Assembly (NCBI GenBank): GCA_002269645.1
Contig: NIVC01004104.1
Span: 1 to 35,921, forward strand
Direction: 5' to 3'
Length of the DNA: 35,921 nucleotides
Origin: Macrostomum lignano
Lineage: Eukaryota
The translations under genes were made by a program, and so were the position numbers. The notes under the pieces were generated by a model. It had not been told where the DNA came from and searched no databases. It saw nothing but the letters and a program-made list of their open reading frames with translations. Below, piece by piece: positions 23,334 through 35,033 of the stretch (position 1 is its first letter; every line of letters starts with the position of its first letter).

Positions 23334-23741
23334 ATCTATGCTCGATATCTCCACTTGCAGTCGAAAAAAACATAAAGCTGGGGGTGAAGTGAAATGAAAG
23401 GATCGACAAAGCCTCTTTGCATGTAAACTGTACATGAAATTGATCATTCGTCTGTGGTTGAAATCGAATGTGTTTTGCTGAATTTGAATGCAGACTGCTG
23501 AAATTGAATGCAAAATCTGCACGCGTCAATAAAGTTTACCCATAGACGAGCAGACAAGTTTGAGACAAAATTAAAATGAATGCAGATTGCCGAAATTGAA
23601 TGTGGTTCGCTGAAATGGAATGCGAGCATGCTTAAATTGAATGAAGATTTGGTTGGCTAAATTTAGATTGCCGATTTTGAATGCCAGCTTGCTGAAATTG
23701 AATGCGACTTTGGTTGAAATTGAATGCAAAAAGGTGTAATA

Positions 23742-24760
23742 TAGTTAGGCTGTATTGAGCAGAAATGAGCGAATCAGCCTCGGCGCTTCGCGAGGCTTCG
23801 CGCCTCGTCTGTTTCGCTCATTTCTGCCCTCAACAGCCTAACTACATGTATATTAGTATCGTAGCCAATCTAAGCCTGCCAACGCATTCTATGGTCAAAT
23901 TCCATTTGAAGTAAGCTATTGGCTTCATTTCTCGCCCGCTTCTTCTTGACTTGTCTATGGCCTAAGCACTCGAGACCTGTCATATTGGGCCGTATGCAGA
24001 AAGCTTAGTCCAGACTAGCTAGTCTGGACTTGGGTAGTTCAGTCTATAGTCTATGGTCCAGCTACCTTAGTTCTGTCTATAGTAGACCGGTCTAACTTTG
24101 CGTTTCTGCATACCAAATCCAAGTCCAGACTAGCTTTTCAAGACCGGACTACCCTAGACAGAGCTTTCTGCATACGGCCCATTAAGTCATGTTGAAGTCA
24201 TGTTATAGAAAGAAAAATCCATCGTGTTTTTATTCCTTTACTGTTTGTCGAATATGCTGCGTTATTCTTCAATACGCGAAGACGAAATTAGTGGATTGAG
24301 CTCAATTTCATCACGCATCTCGATCCTCGGGACCATGTCGACAGAATTGGTCAATGGACAGGGCTGACGGATGAGCAAGAGAGGCTAATTGATGAGGAAC
24401 TACGCAATCCTACGCCGGAAGATCAGGTTGGAAACCTGTTTCGTGAATTGACCGAAGAAGAAGAAGCTGGCCTAAATCATGTGGAGCAAGAAAGTAAACG
24501 GAAGTCGACGGTTAAGCAAACTGAATTGCATATTCGCAAACTAAAAGAGTTTCTACGCGTGGAGAATTTACCTGATCACATCGAGAATATGCCAGTGAGG
24601 TATCGCAACTCCTATCTACGCCTGTTCTTCGTTCAGTTAAAAACAGCTGATGGAAAGCCTAAATACTGTCAATGGACTATATATCTAATGTTTATCTCAT
24701 GTTAATGTTAATATCTCATGCTAATGCTAATATTAGCTCAAAATATATACATGTTTCTTT
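23742..24760 (+). mobile_element. Crypton-like (tyrosine-recombinase DNA transposon) 5' fragment with terminal hairpin
   Basis: Imperfect palindrome 23742-23843 with a central cctcggcgcttcgcg..ttcgcgcctcg motif. ORF 24292-24705 (FRELTEEE...STVKQTELHIRKLKEFL..IENMP..YLRLFFVQLKTADGKPKY) resembles the N-terminus of Crypton/DUF3504-type proteins; catalytic domain absent. Confidence 0.6.
23987..24180. mobile_element. Tourist/Harbinger-type MITE, 194 bp
   Basis: 19-bp TIR gggccgtatgcagaaagct / agctttctgcatacggccc; 3-bp TSD ATT on both sides. Confidence 0.85.
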
Positions 24761-24774
24761 GTGCTCACTTTGGG

Positions 24775-25550
24775 CCATAGACAACTTTGCTGGCGGGCAG
24801 ACATCGTTGCTTTCACCCTCGTTTCGGCAGGCTTAGGACTGCTACAATGTTCCATCTACTGCGCCACATATGCTAGGCATTCCACCAAGCTGGAAAAATT
24901 CCACTGCCAGATTCTCCACACCTTGTTGGGGCCAGCACACGATATCTTGAAATAGTGTTTCATTAATGGCCCGAGTGACACGCTTTACAACTTGACACAC
25001 TGTTGCCTCAGACGGTCCATGTGCGTCCCTGATCAAATGATAGTACGAGTTTGTAGCGTAGAAACGTTGCGCCGTCAGTATTTGCTGAGTAGGTGTCAAT
25101 GCGCAGCTACGACGAGTTTGTCGCTGGAGCACAGGTCCGATCAGGCGTTCCAACTCTTCAAACGTATTTCTGTTCAATCTGAAGCGTTGAACAAAGTCTC
25201 TGTCGTCCTCAAAGAATTCTCTCTGGATGTATACCCTCCGTGCTCGTTGAACAGGCTCTTCGTTGATATTCCACAGTTGAAGAAGGTCCATGATTTTGAT
25301 ATTTATCCTGCTTCGAGGGTGGATTAAAATTTGCTTGATTTTATCTACGATTTCTTACCAGTGATAGACTGATAAGAGCTTCGTAAAATTGGATTCAGCA
25401 CCTCTGCCACAAAAAATAGCTAACCATCGTCTATGGTTAGCGATGGTTGATAAGTGGTAAAAAATCAGTGCTTTGTAAAATAGAGATAGAAAAATACCAC
25501 TGGTTCGCTGGTACTTTACCAGTGGTAAGTGCTTCGTAAAATTGGTCCCT
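24775..25550 (-). mobile_element. PIF/Harbinger element, 5' end plus N-terminal half of transposase
   Basis: ORF 25291-24842 (FVQRFRLNRNTF, LTPTQQIL, RFYATN, SEATVCQVV, CGAVDGTL); terminus GGGACCAATTTTACGAAGCAC at about 25549 with subterminal repeats. Confidence 0.85.
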
Positions 25551-25565
25551 GCGATCCAGTTATAT

Positions 25566-26300
25566 TATAGCTTTTTGCAGCCCATTTGGGCTTACACGCA
25601 TTGAATTTAATCCAAGATACGGTTGCCACTGTAACGGTGCTTTTGTCTATGGTAGCAAGGCTGGCACTGCGGCATTTAATTTGGTCCAACAAGCATCAAT
25701 TTAGTCCAAACGCTCGTGAGCCATTCGGAAAACTCTTACCTTCTCGCAACCATCTGCAATTGTTGAGTACCGCTGGAAGTTCAGCGTCTCTACCAGCAAT
25801 TTTCAGTTGCTTTTCCAGAGTCGAAAGCTGGAACTGTTTCTTTAACTTCTGCTGCATTTTCTGCAACGTCAACAAAGGGTTCGTCTCAACTGCATCGAGT
25901 AGAAATTGGAACTGAGGCTCCAGCAACTTGCCTTGGCGATTGCCACCCTTTCGCGGGCGATCTCTGCTTGCAGTGATTTCAACGCGCTGATGGACGTTGT
26001 AAAGCACCTTTTCTGTTACATTCAGCAACCTTGCAATGTCATTTGGGCGTTCATCTCTGTCGAGTGCTTCGATCACATTCGTTCGACAGTCCAGCATATG
26101 GTCCACAATTCTGGGGGGCTGATCTGCTTCTCCACAGCAGTTGCAAGTGAAGCTATATGGACCAAATTGATGCTTGTTGGACCAAATTAAATGCCGCTGT
26201 GCCAGCCTTGCTACCATAGACAAAAGCTCCGTTACAGTGGCAAACGTATTTTGGATTAAATTCAATGCGCGTAGGCCCAAATGGGCTGAAAAAAGCTATA
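25566..26300 (-). mobile_element. Internally deleted IS630-Tc1 element (735 bp) with ~143-bp TIRs
   Basis: TIRs 25566-25708 and 26158-26300 with TA ends; the HTH remnant (IARLLNV..NPLLTLQKMQQKL) lacks the DDE domain. Confidence 0.88.
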
Positions 26301-26568
26301 TTCATCCATGGTTATGCCGAATAAGCTGTAGACATGGGCATCATTTATGGAACAGAAACAATATTTGCACTTTACAGCAGACAACAAACCCAGCTCGGTC
26401 CCCAGCAGTGTCTATGGCACAGACCAGAGCAGAGCAGGCCGCGGGCCCGCACAAGGCGTTGCTACGAGCAAATTCCCCAGCGAATTCACAGAGAACGCGC
26501 TGAAAACCGCCCTAAATTCAAGAATCTGAGCCGCCAGTCGCAACAGATCAATCAAATCAAGAAGCGCA

Positions 26569-27438
26569 ATGGTAGACCTCGACGAATCCACTGACGGACT
26601 GTACGAGATGGCCGCCGAGCTGGCCAAGGAGTTCGAGAAGGTCATCGGCAAGATCAAGCAGCGCGACAGACGGCCGGCGGCGGGACCGGTGATGCAGCAG
26701 CAGCAGCAACACTTGGAAAAGAAGCAGCCGATCCAGGAGCAACAGGAAATGCAGCAGCAGCAGCAGCAGCTCCAGCAGCTCCAGCAGCCGAAGGTGAGGC
26801 AGGCCACTCGGCAGCACCAGAAGCCGCAGCGCCCAGCCGAGCCGCAGCCGGTCGTCGCCACGAACGCCAGCAACCAGGCGGGCTGCGGGCTGCAGCAGCA
26901 GCGGGTCCGCATCGAGCCCAGCGAGCTCCGCCTGGTGCTGAAGCTCGAGTCCTGCCTGGCCGAGAACGGCTCGCTGCTGGTGCGGCCCAGCGTGCGCGAG
27001 GACCGCGGCGGCGCCTCCGAGGCGACCGCTGGGCAGCCATGCAGCGGCGGCGGCGACGCCTCGGAGCTGGAGGAGGAAGAGGACAAGGAGCTCTGCCTGC
27101 AGGTCGTCTGCGGCGGCCCGCAGGCGAAGCAGCGCCAGGGCGGCGCGCAGGTGGCCCGGCAGACCGGCCGACAGCAGCCCAGCGCCATCCACAGCGGCGC
27201 CAGGCGCCTGGCCGGCAGCGGCGGCGCCAAGAGGCACCAGCTGAACAATCATCACGACGACGACTCGGCGGACTCCGGCAGCTCGTACGAGGAGGACTCG
27301 GTGGGCAGCGCCAGCGACTCGGAAAACGCGGCGGGTGTTGCGGCGGCGGCGGCGGCGGGCGCGGATGGCAGCCTGCAGGTGATTCAGGGCCTGCTGGAAA
27401 GCCTCCGGAAGCCGGACTCCTCGGCCGGCCGCCGATGA
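26569..27438 (+). CDS. Intronless Q/G/A/acidic low-complexity protein, unknown function (289 aa)
   Basis: Open ATG-to-stop frame with the same GC3-rich codon usage as neighbouring host exons; no recognisable domain. Confidence 0.55.
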   Translation: MVDLDESTDGLYEMAAELAKEFEKVIGKIKQRDRRPAAGPVMQQQQQHLEKKQPIQEQQEMQQQQQQLQQLQQPKVRQATRQHQKPQRPAEPQPVVATNASNQAGCGLQQQRVRIEPSELRLVLKLESCLAENGSLLVRPSVREDRGGASEATAGQPCSGGGDASELEEEEDKELCLQVVCGGPQAKQRQGGAQVARQTGRQQPSAIHSGARRLAGSGGAKRHQLNNHHDDDSADSGSSYEEDSVGSASDSENAAGVAAAAAAGADGSLQVIQGLLESLRKPDSSAGRR

Positions 27439-28184
27439 AGGCCAACTTCAGTTCGCCCCTGACAGACTGCGGCGCCACAGCCAATCTAGTTTTGTGACAG
27501 AACTTTGCAGACCCCTCGGAGTCGGAGCAGAACAAAAAGTGCTCAAAAGCTGCATTGCCGCTAGCGCAGACAAACTTTTATTACCCTGTAGCTAGGCATC
27601 TATCCCCTACTTAGCTGGCATTTAATCCTTATTTACCCCATAGGCCAACTCCCAACCAGCACAGCTTGCACGTACAGCAACTTCCACAATACACGCCTGG
27701 CAGACGCCTCCGAGCTTTTGTTTGCTAAACATGCCGCTCAGAACTCGGCAGATGGCAATTGTCGCTTTCTCATTGGCTGAAGCGAGAAAAGGGGCGGAGC
27801 AGCAGCGCCATGACAGTCATTTGCGGCTTGTGCAGGAGACACGGGCCTGAGGGGTTGCTGCGCGAGGCTCGCGCTGATGGCTTCTGTTTTTCGAAAAAGC
27901 AGCGAAAACAAAAACAGGAAATCAGCAGTCGATCCTACAAAAGCAGAGTTTTTTCGTGGCTTCCACCGCCAGAGACAAGCAAAACAAGTGACAAGTCGGG
28001 CAACGGGAGGAAGTGCGGATTAAAAGTGGTGGGATCAGACAGCGGAAATCCGGGCGGGCGGTTGCTGTCCGAAATCAGAGGCGAACTCAATCTCAATTAG
28101 TGAGTGCAAAACTCCTCAAACTACTCAAACTTCGTGATCTCGATCGAGCTCGAGTCTGAGCTGCTCAGATCCGCTCAAAGCTGG

Positions 28185-29244
<1,060 letters not shown>

Positions 29245-29359
29245 AGAAAAATCGGTTGAGACTGGGGCTCGGTTTCGCCTCCCTCCCTCGCCTGTTTATT
29301 TAATTGTGGCTGGCAAGAGGCGCTGATTGGCTGGGCGGTCATTTGCTGGACTATCGAGA

Positions 29360-30145
29360 CTCAGAGTGTATCTGGCGCCGTATCTACACACTGAGAGTGT
29401 ATCTGGCGCCGTATCTATACACTGAGAGTGTATCTGGCGCCGTATCTAAACACTGAGAGTGTATCTGGCGCCGTATTTACACACTGAGAGTGTATCTGGC
29501 GCCGTATCTACACACTGAGAGTGTATCTGGCGCCATATCTACACACTGAGAGTGTATCTGGCGCCGTATCTACACACTGAGAGTGTATCTGGCGCCGTAT
29601 CTACACACTGAGAGTGTATCTGGCGCCATATCTACACACTGAGAGTGTATCTGGGCGCCGTATCTACACACTGAGAGTGTATCTGGCGCCATACCTACAC
29701 GCTGAGAGTGTATCTGGCGCCGTATCTACACACTGAGAGTGTATCTGGCGCCGTATCTATACACTGAGAGTGTATCTGGCGCCGTATCTACACGCTGAGA
29801 GTGTATCTGGCGCCGTATCTACACACTAAGAGTGTATCTGGCGCCGTATCTACACACTGAGAGTGTATCTGGCGCCGTATCTACACACTGAGAGTGTATC
29901 TGGCGCCGTATCTATACACTGAGAGTGTATCTGGCGCCGTATCTACACGCTGAGAGTGTATCTGGCGCCGTATCTACACACTGAGAGTGTATCTGGCGCC
30001 GTATCTACACACTGAGAGTGTATCTGGCGCCGTATCTACACGCTGAGAGTGTATCTGGCGCCGTATCTACACACTGAGAGTGTATCTGGCGCCGTATCTA
30101 CACACTGAGAGTGTATCTGGCGCCGTATCTACACCTTGAGAGTGT
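29360..30145. repeat. 31-bp minisatellite (actgagagtgtatctggcgccgtatctacac)
   Basis: About 25 copies, upstream of the lectin ATG. Confidence 0.96.
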
Positions 30146-30547
30146 ATCTGGCGCTGTATCATCTGGCGCCCTATCATCTGGCGCCACAGTTTCAGTTAAA
30201 TGTGTGGGGTCACAATTTCAGTTCATTCTGGCGCTACAATTTCAGTGAACTCTGGCGTCAAGTACATGCTTTGCCCAGGGCAGGTTACCTTTACAACATA
30301 CCTGGCCCTAAATTTGTTTATATAAAAGTTGCAAACTTGTCAACTCAGAAGAAGAAAGGTCCGGGGGTTTTGCGCAGAGCACTCGCTAACAGAAACTTTA
30401 TCTATTGATAAGGCATCAACTCGAAGTCACTACAAGTGCCATTTTGACCCCGAAAATTGTTCTGAATGGTAAGTTCTGCGTTTATAAATTTGGGCCAAGA
30501 CTCCCGCGAAGTGTTGTGCGTTTGTTGGGCTTCCAAGAGTTGAGTGA

Positions 30548-31703
30548 CTGGACTGTATCAAGTGCTGAGTGACTGTATGAAGTGCTGAGTGACTGTATCA
30601 AGTGCTGAGTGACTGTATCAAGTGCTGAGTGACTGTATCGAGTGTTGAGTGACTGTATCAAGTGCTGAGTGACTGTATCAAGTGCTGAGTGACTGTATCA
30701 AGTGCTGAGTGACTGTATCAAGTGCTGAGTGACTGTATCGAGTGTTGAGGGACTGTATGAAGTGCTGAGTGACTGTATCGAGTGCTGAGTGACTGTATGA
30801 AGTGCTGAGTGACTGTATCGAGTGCTGAGTGACTGTATCAAGTGCTGAGTGACTGTATGAAGTGCTGAGTGACTGTATCAAGTGCTGAGTGACTGTATCA
30901 AGTGCTGAGTGACTGTATCAGGTGCTGAGTGACTGTATCAAAAGCTGAGTGACTGTATCAAGTGCTGAGTGACTGTATCAAGTGCTGAGTGGCTGTATCA
31001 AGTGCTGAGTGACTGTATCAAGTGCTGAGTGACTGTATCAAATGCTGAGTGACTGTATCGAGTGCTGAGTGACTGTATCAAATGCTGAGTGACTGTATCA
31101 AATGCTGAGTGACTGTATCAAATGCTGAGTGACTGTATCAAATGCTGAGTGACTGTATCAGGTGCTGAGTGACTGTATCAAGTGCTGAGTGACTGTATCA
31201 AATGCTGAGTGACTGTATCAAATGCTGAGTGACTGTATCGAGTGCTGAGTGACTGTATCAAATGCTGAGTGACTGTATCAAATGCTGAGTGACTGTATCA
31301 AATGCTGAGTGACTGTATCAAATGCTGAGTGACTGTATCAGGTGCTGAGTGACTGTATCAAGTGCTGAGTGACTGTATCAAAAGCTGAGTGACTGTATCA
31401 AGTGCTGAGTGACTGTATCAAGTGCTGAGTGACTGTATCAAGTGCTGAGTGACTGTATCAAATGCTGAGTGACTGTATCAAATGCTGAGTGACTGTATCG
31501 AGTGCTGAGTGACTGTATCAAGTGCTGAGTGACTGTATGAATTGCTGAGTGACTGTATCAAATGCTGAGTGACTGTATCAAATGCTGAGTGACTGTATCG
31601 AGTGCTGAGTGACTGTATCAAGTGCTGAGTGACTGTATGAATTGCTGAGTGACTGTATCAAGTGCTGAGTGACTGTATGAATTGCTGAGTGACTGTATCA
31701 AGT
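30548..31703. repeat. 20-bp minisatellite (gactgtatcaagtgctgagt), left block
   Basis: More than 50 copies. Confidence 0.97.
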
Positions 31704-34700
31704 CTTTGAATGCAATAGATTGAGTTAGAAAATTAACTTCTCTATATAAATGGGGCTTGGTGCTGTACGTATATTAGTAAATGGGGGCTGGGACTGAACT
31801 CGTACGTATAACCTGCACGCGCTTAAAAAATAATGGAACAATGAAAAGTACACGTAGGTGAATCGATACAAGAATGGGGCCCTCTCTCTCGTAAACATTA
31901 CCCCCTTCTTGACATAGGATAAAATTGAATGAAGTAACAAGCTTAATTGAGATGAGCCCTCCACTAGCCAGAAAAAGACAAAACGCGCAAGCAATAACGC
32001 ATAAAAAAGCACGTTCTTTGTGTGAAAAAATAAAGACTGCTAGTAAACAACTACATTAATTAATATGTTGTCAACGAGAATCGTGCCTGCAATAAACTGG
32101 AAACTAAAAGTAACAAAAAGCTGACTCTCCGTGCAACAATCACCACGAAAAACCATCGGACCAACCTGGAAAAGCATTACGCCTCGAAGTTACACAAAAC
32201 CTGATTAAAAAACAATTACGATAAAAAATTCTATGAAAAAGAAAATGACGCAATGCAAAAACGGAAACAATTCATTTGAAAAGAAAAAACATCCACCAGA
32301 AAAAATCAGAAATGGTCAGAAAAAACACTTCTAAAGATCGCATGAGCTTGCAGCAGGAAAAAGGCAACAGAAGTAATCAAAAGCAACAAAAATTGCCGAA
32401 AAGTAAAAGAAACAGATGTTATGAACGCCCGAACTAGCAATACAGTAACAACTAAGCCCACAGGCGTTTAACAGTCAGTCTTTCTGTCACACTCTGTCAC
32501 AATCAGTTACTCAGTTCTTGATGTTTCAATGACACACAGCTTGGACAGAGGCCGTACCAGCACAGCCTGACCGACTTGAACATTGGCCACTCGCACGCGA
32601 CCGTCTTGACCCGGGAAGACCGAGACCACTCGTCCGAGCGGCCAGCGACCTCGCGGTGCGACGGGCTTGACCACCAGCACTACGTCATCTTCCTGCAGGT
32701 TTCTCTGTTGGTCGATCCACTTGGACCTCGGCTGCAGGCCGGGTAGCCACTCTCTGCATCCAGCGCCGCCACACATGCGTCACGAGCTCCTGCACCCGTC
32801 GCCAACGCTTTCTTGGATTAATCGCTACATCCGGTGAAAACTGCCCTCCGGCTTGTCCGTGCAGAAAATGATTGGGCGTTAACGGTACCTCGTCCGGTAC
32901 GTGATTGGGCGTGAGTTAATAAGCGCCTCTGCTCCGGTGATCGCTGAGTGCAACTCCTCATCGTTAACATCCGCGTTGCCGAGGATTGCCGAGCTTCGAT
33001 GCGCTGATCGTTATTTCATGCGCTCCACCAAAATGTGGCGCTGCTGGCGACTGAAAGCTCCATTTTACTCCGTGCACTGCTGTCTTCTCTTGCCATTTGG
33101 TCTTGTTCACACTTTCCAGTTGCTTGAGCTCTTCTGCTCCTCTTACAAAGTTTCCGCCGTTGTCCGAGTGCATGATCTTTGGCAGGCCTCGACGGTTGAC
33201 CATGCGGTAGAACGCATTCAAAAACGAGTCAGTGTCGAGCCCGACGGTGAAATTTACTCATCAGCAGCTGGTTCCAACCACCATCTTTTTCCCATTGTCT
33301 CCGCTTCCGCGACGAATGTCCGCTCGTGACGCTGCTCACGTGGACCCAGGTTGACCACACCTTCAGGCTTCTTGGACGCTTCTGCGTCGTCCGGCATTAA
33401 CGGAATCCTCCTCTCCGGCCAACATTCTTCCTTCTTTTGCAGGAACTCTGGTCCCTGGAACCACAATCACGAATTCGGCAACTCGGAAGCGCTGCAGCTT
33501 ATGGATAAAATGTCCGCTGGATTCAACTTCGTCGGCACGTATCCCCACTGATTCACCTTCACCTCTCGATTCGGTTGGCAACAAACGGTTTGAACGCCCC
33601 GGCTCCGGTTCCGTATCCACGACAGGACGTTTTGACTATCGGTCCAAAGGGTTGCTACTCTAATGTCCATGCCCAGACCATCCGCGATAGTCTTGGTCAG
33701 CCGAACTCCCAGCACCGCGGCCATCAACTCAAGCCTCAGGACGCTGACAGTCAATAGCGGGGCTACCTTCGACTTCGACGCTACGAAGCGCATTGTTACC
33801 TCATCAATATTGTGGCCTCGGCAGTAGACTACAGCTCCGTACGCATCTTGAAAAGCGTCCACAAGCGCGTGAATCTCCGCTTGACGGCCTTGTGGATTCA
33901 GACAACGCGGCACAGCAACTTGTTGAAGAACTGAAAGTTCGCTCATCCATTAGGATGCCTTCTCTGCCATCGCCGGATCGATCGGTTCGTCCCAGTCACA
34001 TCCGTGCTGCCAAATCCCCTGGAGCATGATCTTTTTCGAATGACACATGGAGCTATGAAGCCGCATGGATCGAGCACACTGGCAATGCTTCGCAGCAGCT
34101 GTCGCTTTGTTGTAATCTTTCCGTTGCTATTCGACTCATCCAAGGTGACTGACAGCACATCTTCCTTGGCCCGCCAATTGACACCCAGGGCTTTGCTGGT
34201 TGGTGACTCGCCTGTCAGCAGCAACTCAGACCGCGGGGCCCGCTCGGACTCCGGAACTCTCGCTAGCACTTCCGCCGAGTTGGAAATCCATTTGCATGCT
34301 CTCATCCCGGCTCTGCTCCACAACTCGGTCAACTCTTCGTACAATTTGATCGCGCCATTGGCAGTCTCGCCGCCATTGGCAGTTCTTCCTGATGCCAGCG
34401 TTCGTTCTCTTGCGTCACGAACTGGGCCAAGAATGGCGAGCAGTTAACACCAAAGATGACGCTTCGGACTCGTACACCTTCGGCTCCACATCACGATCTG
34501 CCTCGAGTCCGCGCCATAGAAACCGCAAGAATCGCCTGTCTTCAGCGGCCAATCTGATTCTTAAATACATTTATTCGATGTCACAGGACAATGCCACTGC
34601 ATGCATGCGGAATCTTAGCAGAACCTTGAAGAGATAATTTTGCAGTTTTGGGCCAGCGAAGATGGCATCATTCAAGCAGATTCCATTGCAGCGTGCTGAT

Positions 34701-35033
34701 GCATCAAAGACAATGCGTGTCTTTGTCCGCTCGCACCACTGCAAAGTGCGGCAGGTACCACTCACCGCCACTGGCACTGTGCTGTCGACTTCTTCTGTGC
34801 AACCTTTAACTGGATGCACCTCCTGGTACGCCTTCGCCAGGTCTGGATCTTTCCGCAAACGCTTTTCAGTGCATTTCAACCGATGCAGGGCTGCGTTCCT
34901 GCTACTAGGCAATTCTGTCGGATCCGTCTTCCAAGGATTCGTCACTTGGTATCGTCCAACTTCAAACTCAAGATTCGCTTCAACCATCTGTACCGCCTGG
35001 CGTTCTTCTTCTGACAGGAACGCTCGGGGAGAT
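31704..35033 (-). mobile_element. BEL/Pao LTR retrotransposon fragment (RT, RNase H/A17, integrase, DUF5641-type tail, PPT, partial 3' LTR), decayed
   Basis: RIVFDASA..LNDAIFAGPKLQN, KWISNS, KALGVNW, VDAFQDAYGAVVY, LRLELMAA, RRGLPKIMHSDNGGNF, RGRWPLGRV..GQDGRVRVA. PPT AAGAAGGGGGTAA (31910-31898) is followed by a TGT LTR start at 31897. Many frameshifts and deletions. Confidence 0.92.

Larger units (their letters stand above)
16645..23743 (-). mobile_element. IS630-Tc1 element with 271-bp TIRs; left TIR interrupted by a 5.2-kb nested insertion
   Basis: Right TIR 23473-23743 matches the reverse complement of 16645-16749 plus 21942-22105 (2 nt lost at the break); TA at both ends. Confidence 0.9.

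Noticed and set aside
15696-25291. Idea that the Harbinger N-half (25291-24842) and C-half (16330-15696) are one element split by the nest
   Set aside because: Both pieces cover the first catalytic Asp region and the following residues with different sequences, so they overlap rather than abut. They are probably two elements.
30300-30500. Possible MITE ends (tggccctaaattt / aaatttgggcca)
   Set aside because: A short imperfect match with no convincing TSD.
31725-32012. Hydrophobic ORF near the BEL 3' end as a possible env
   Set aside because: It runs across the PPT into the LTR, and its hydrophobicity reflects T-rich sequence.
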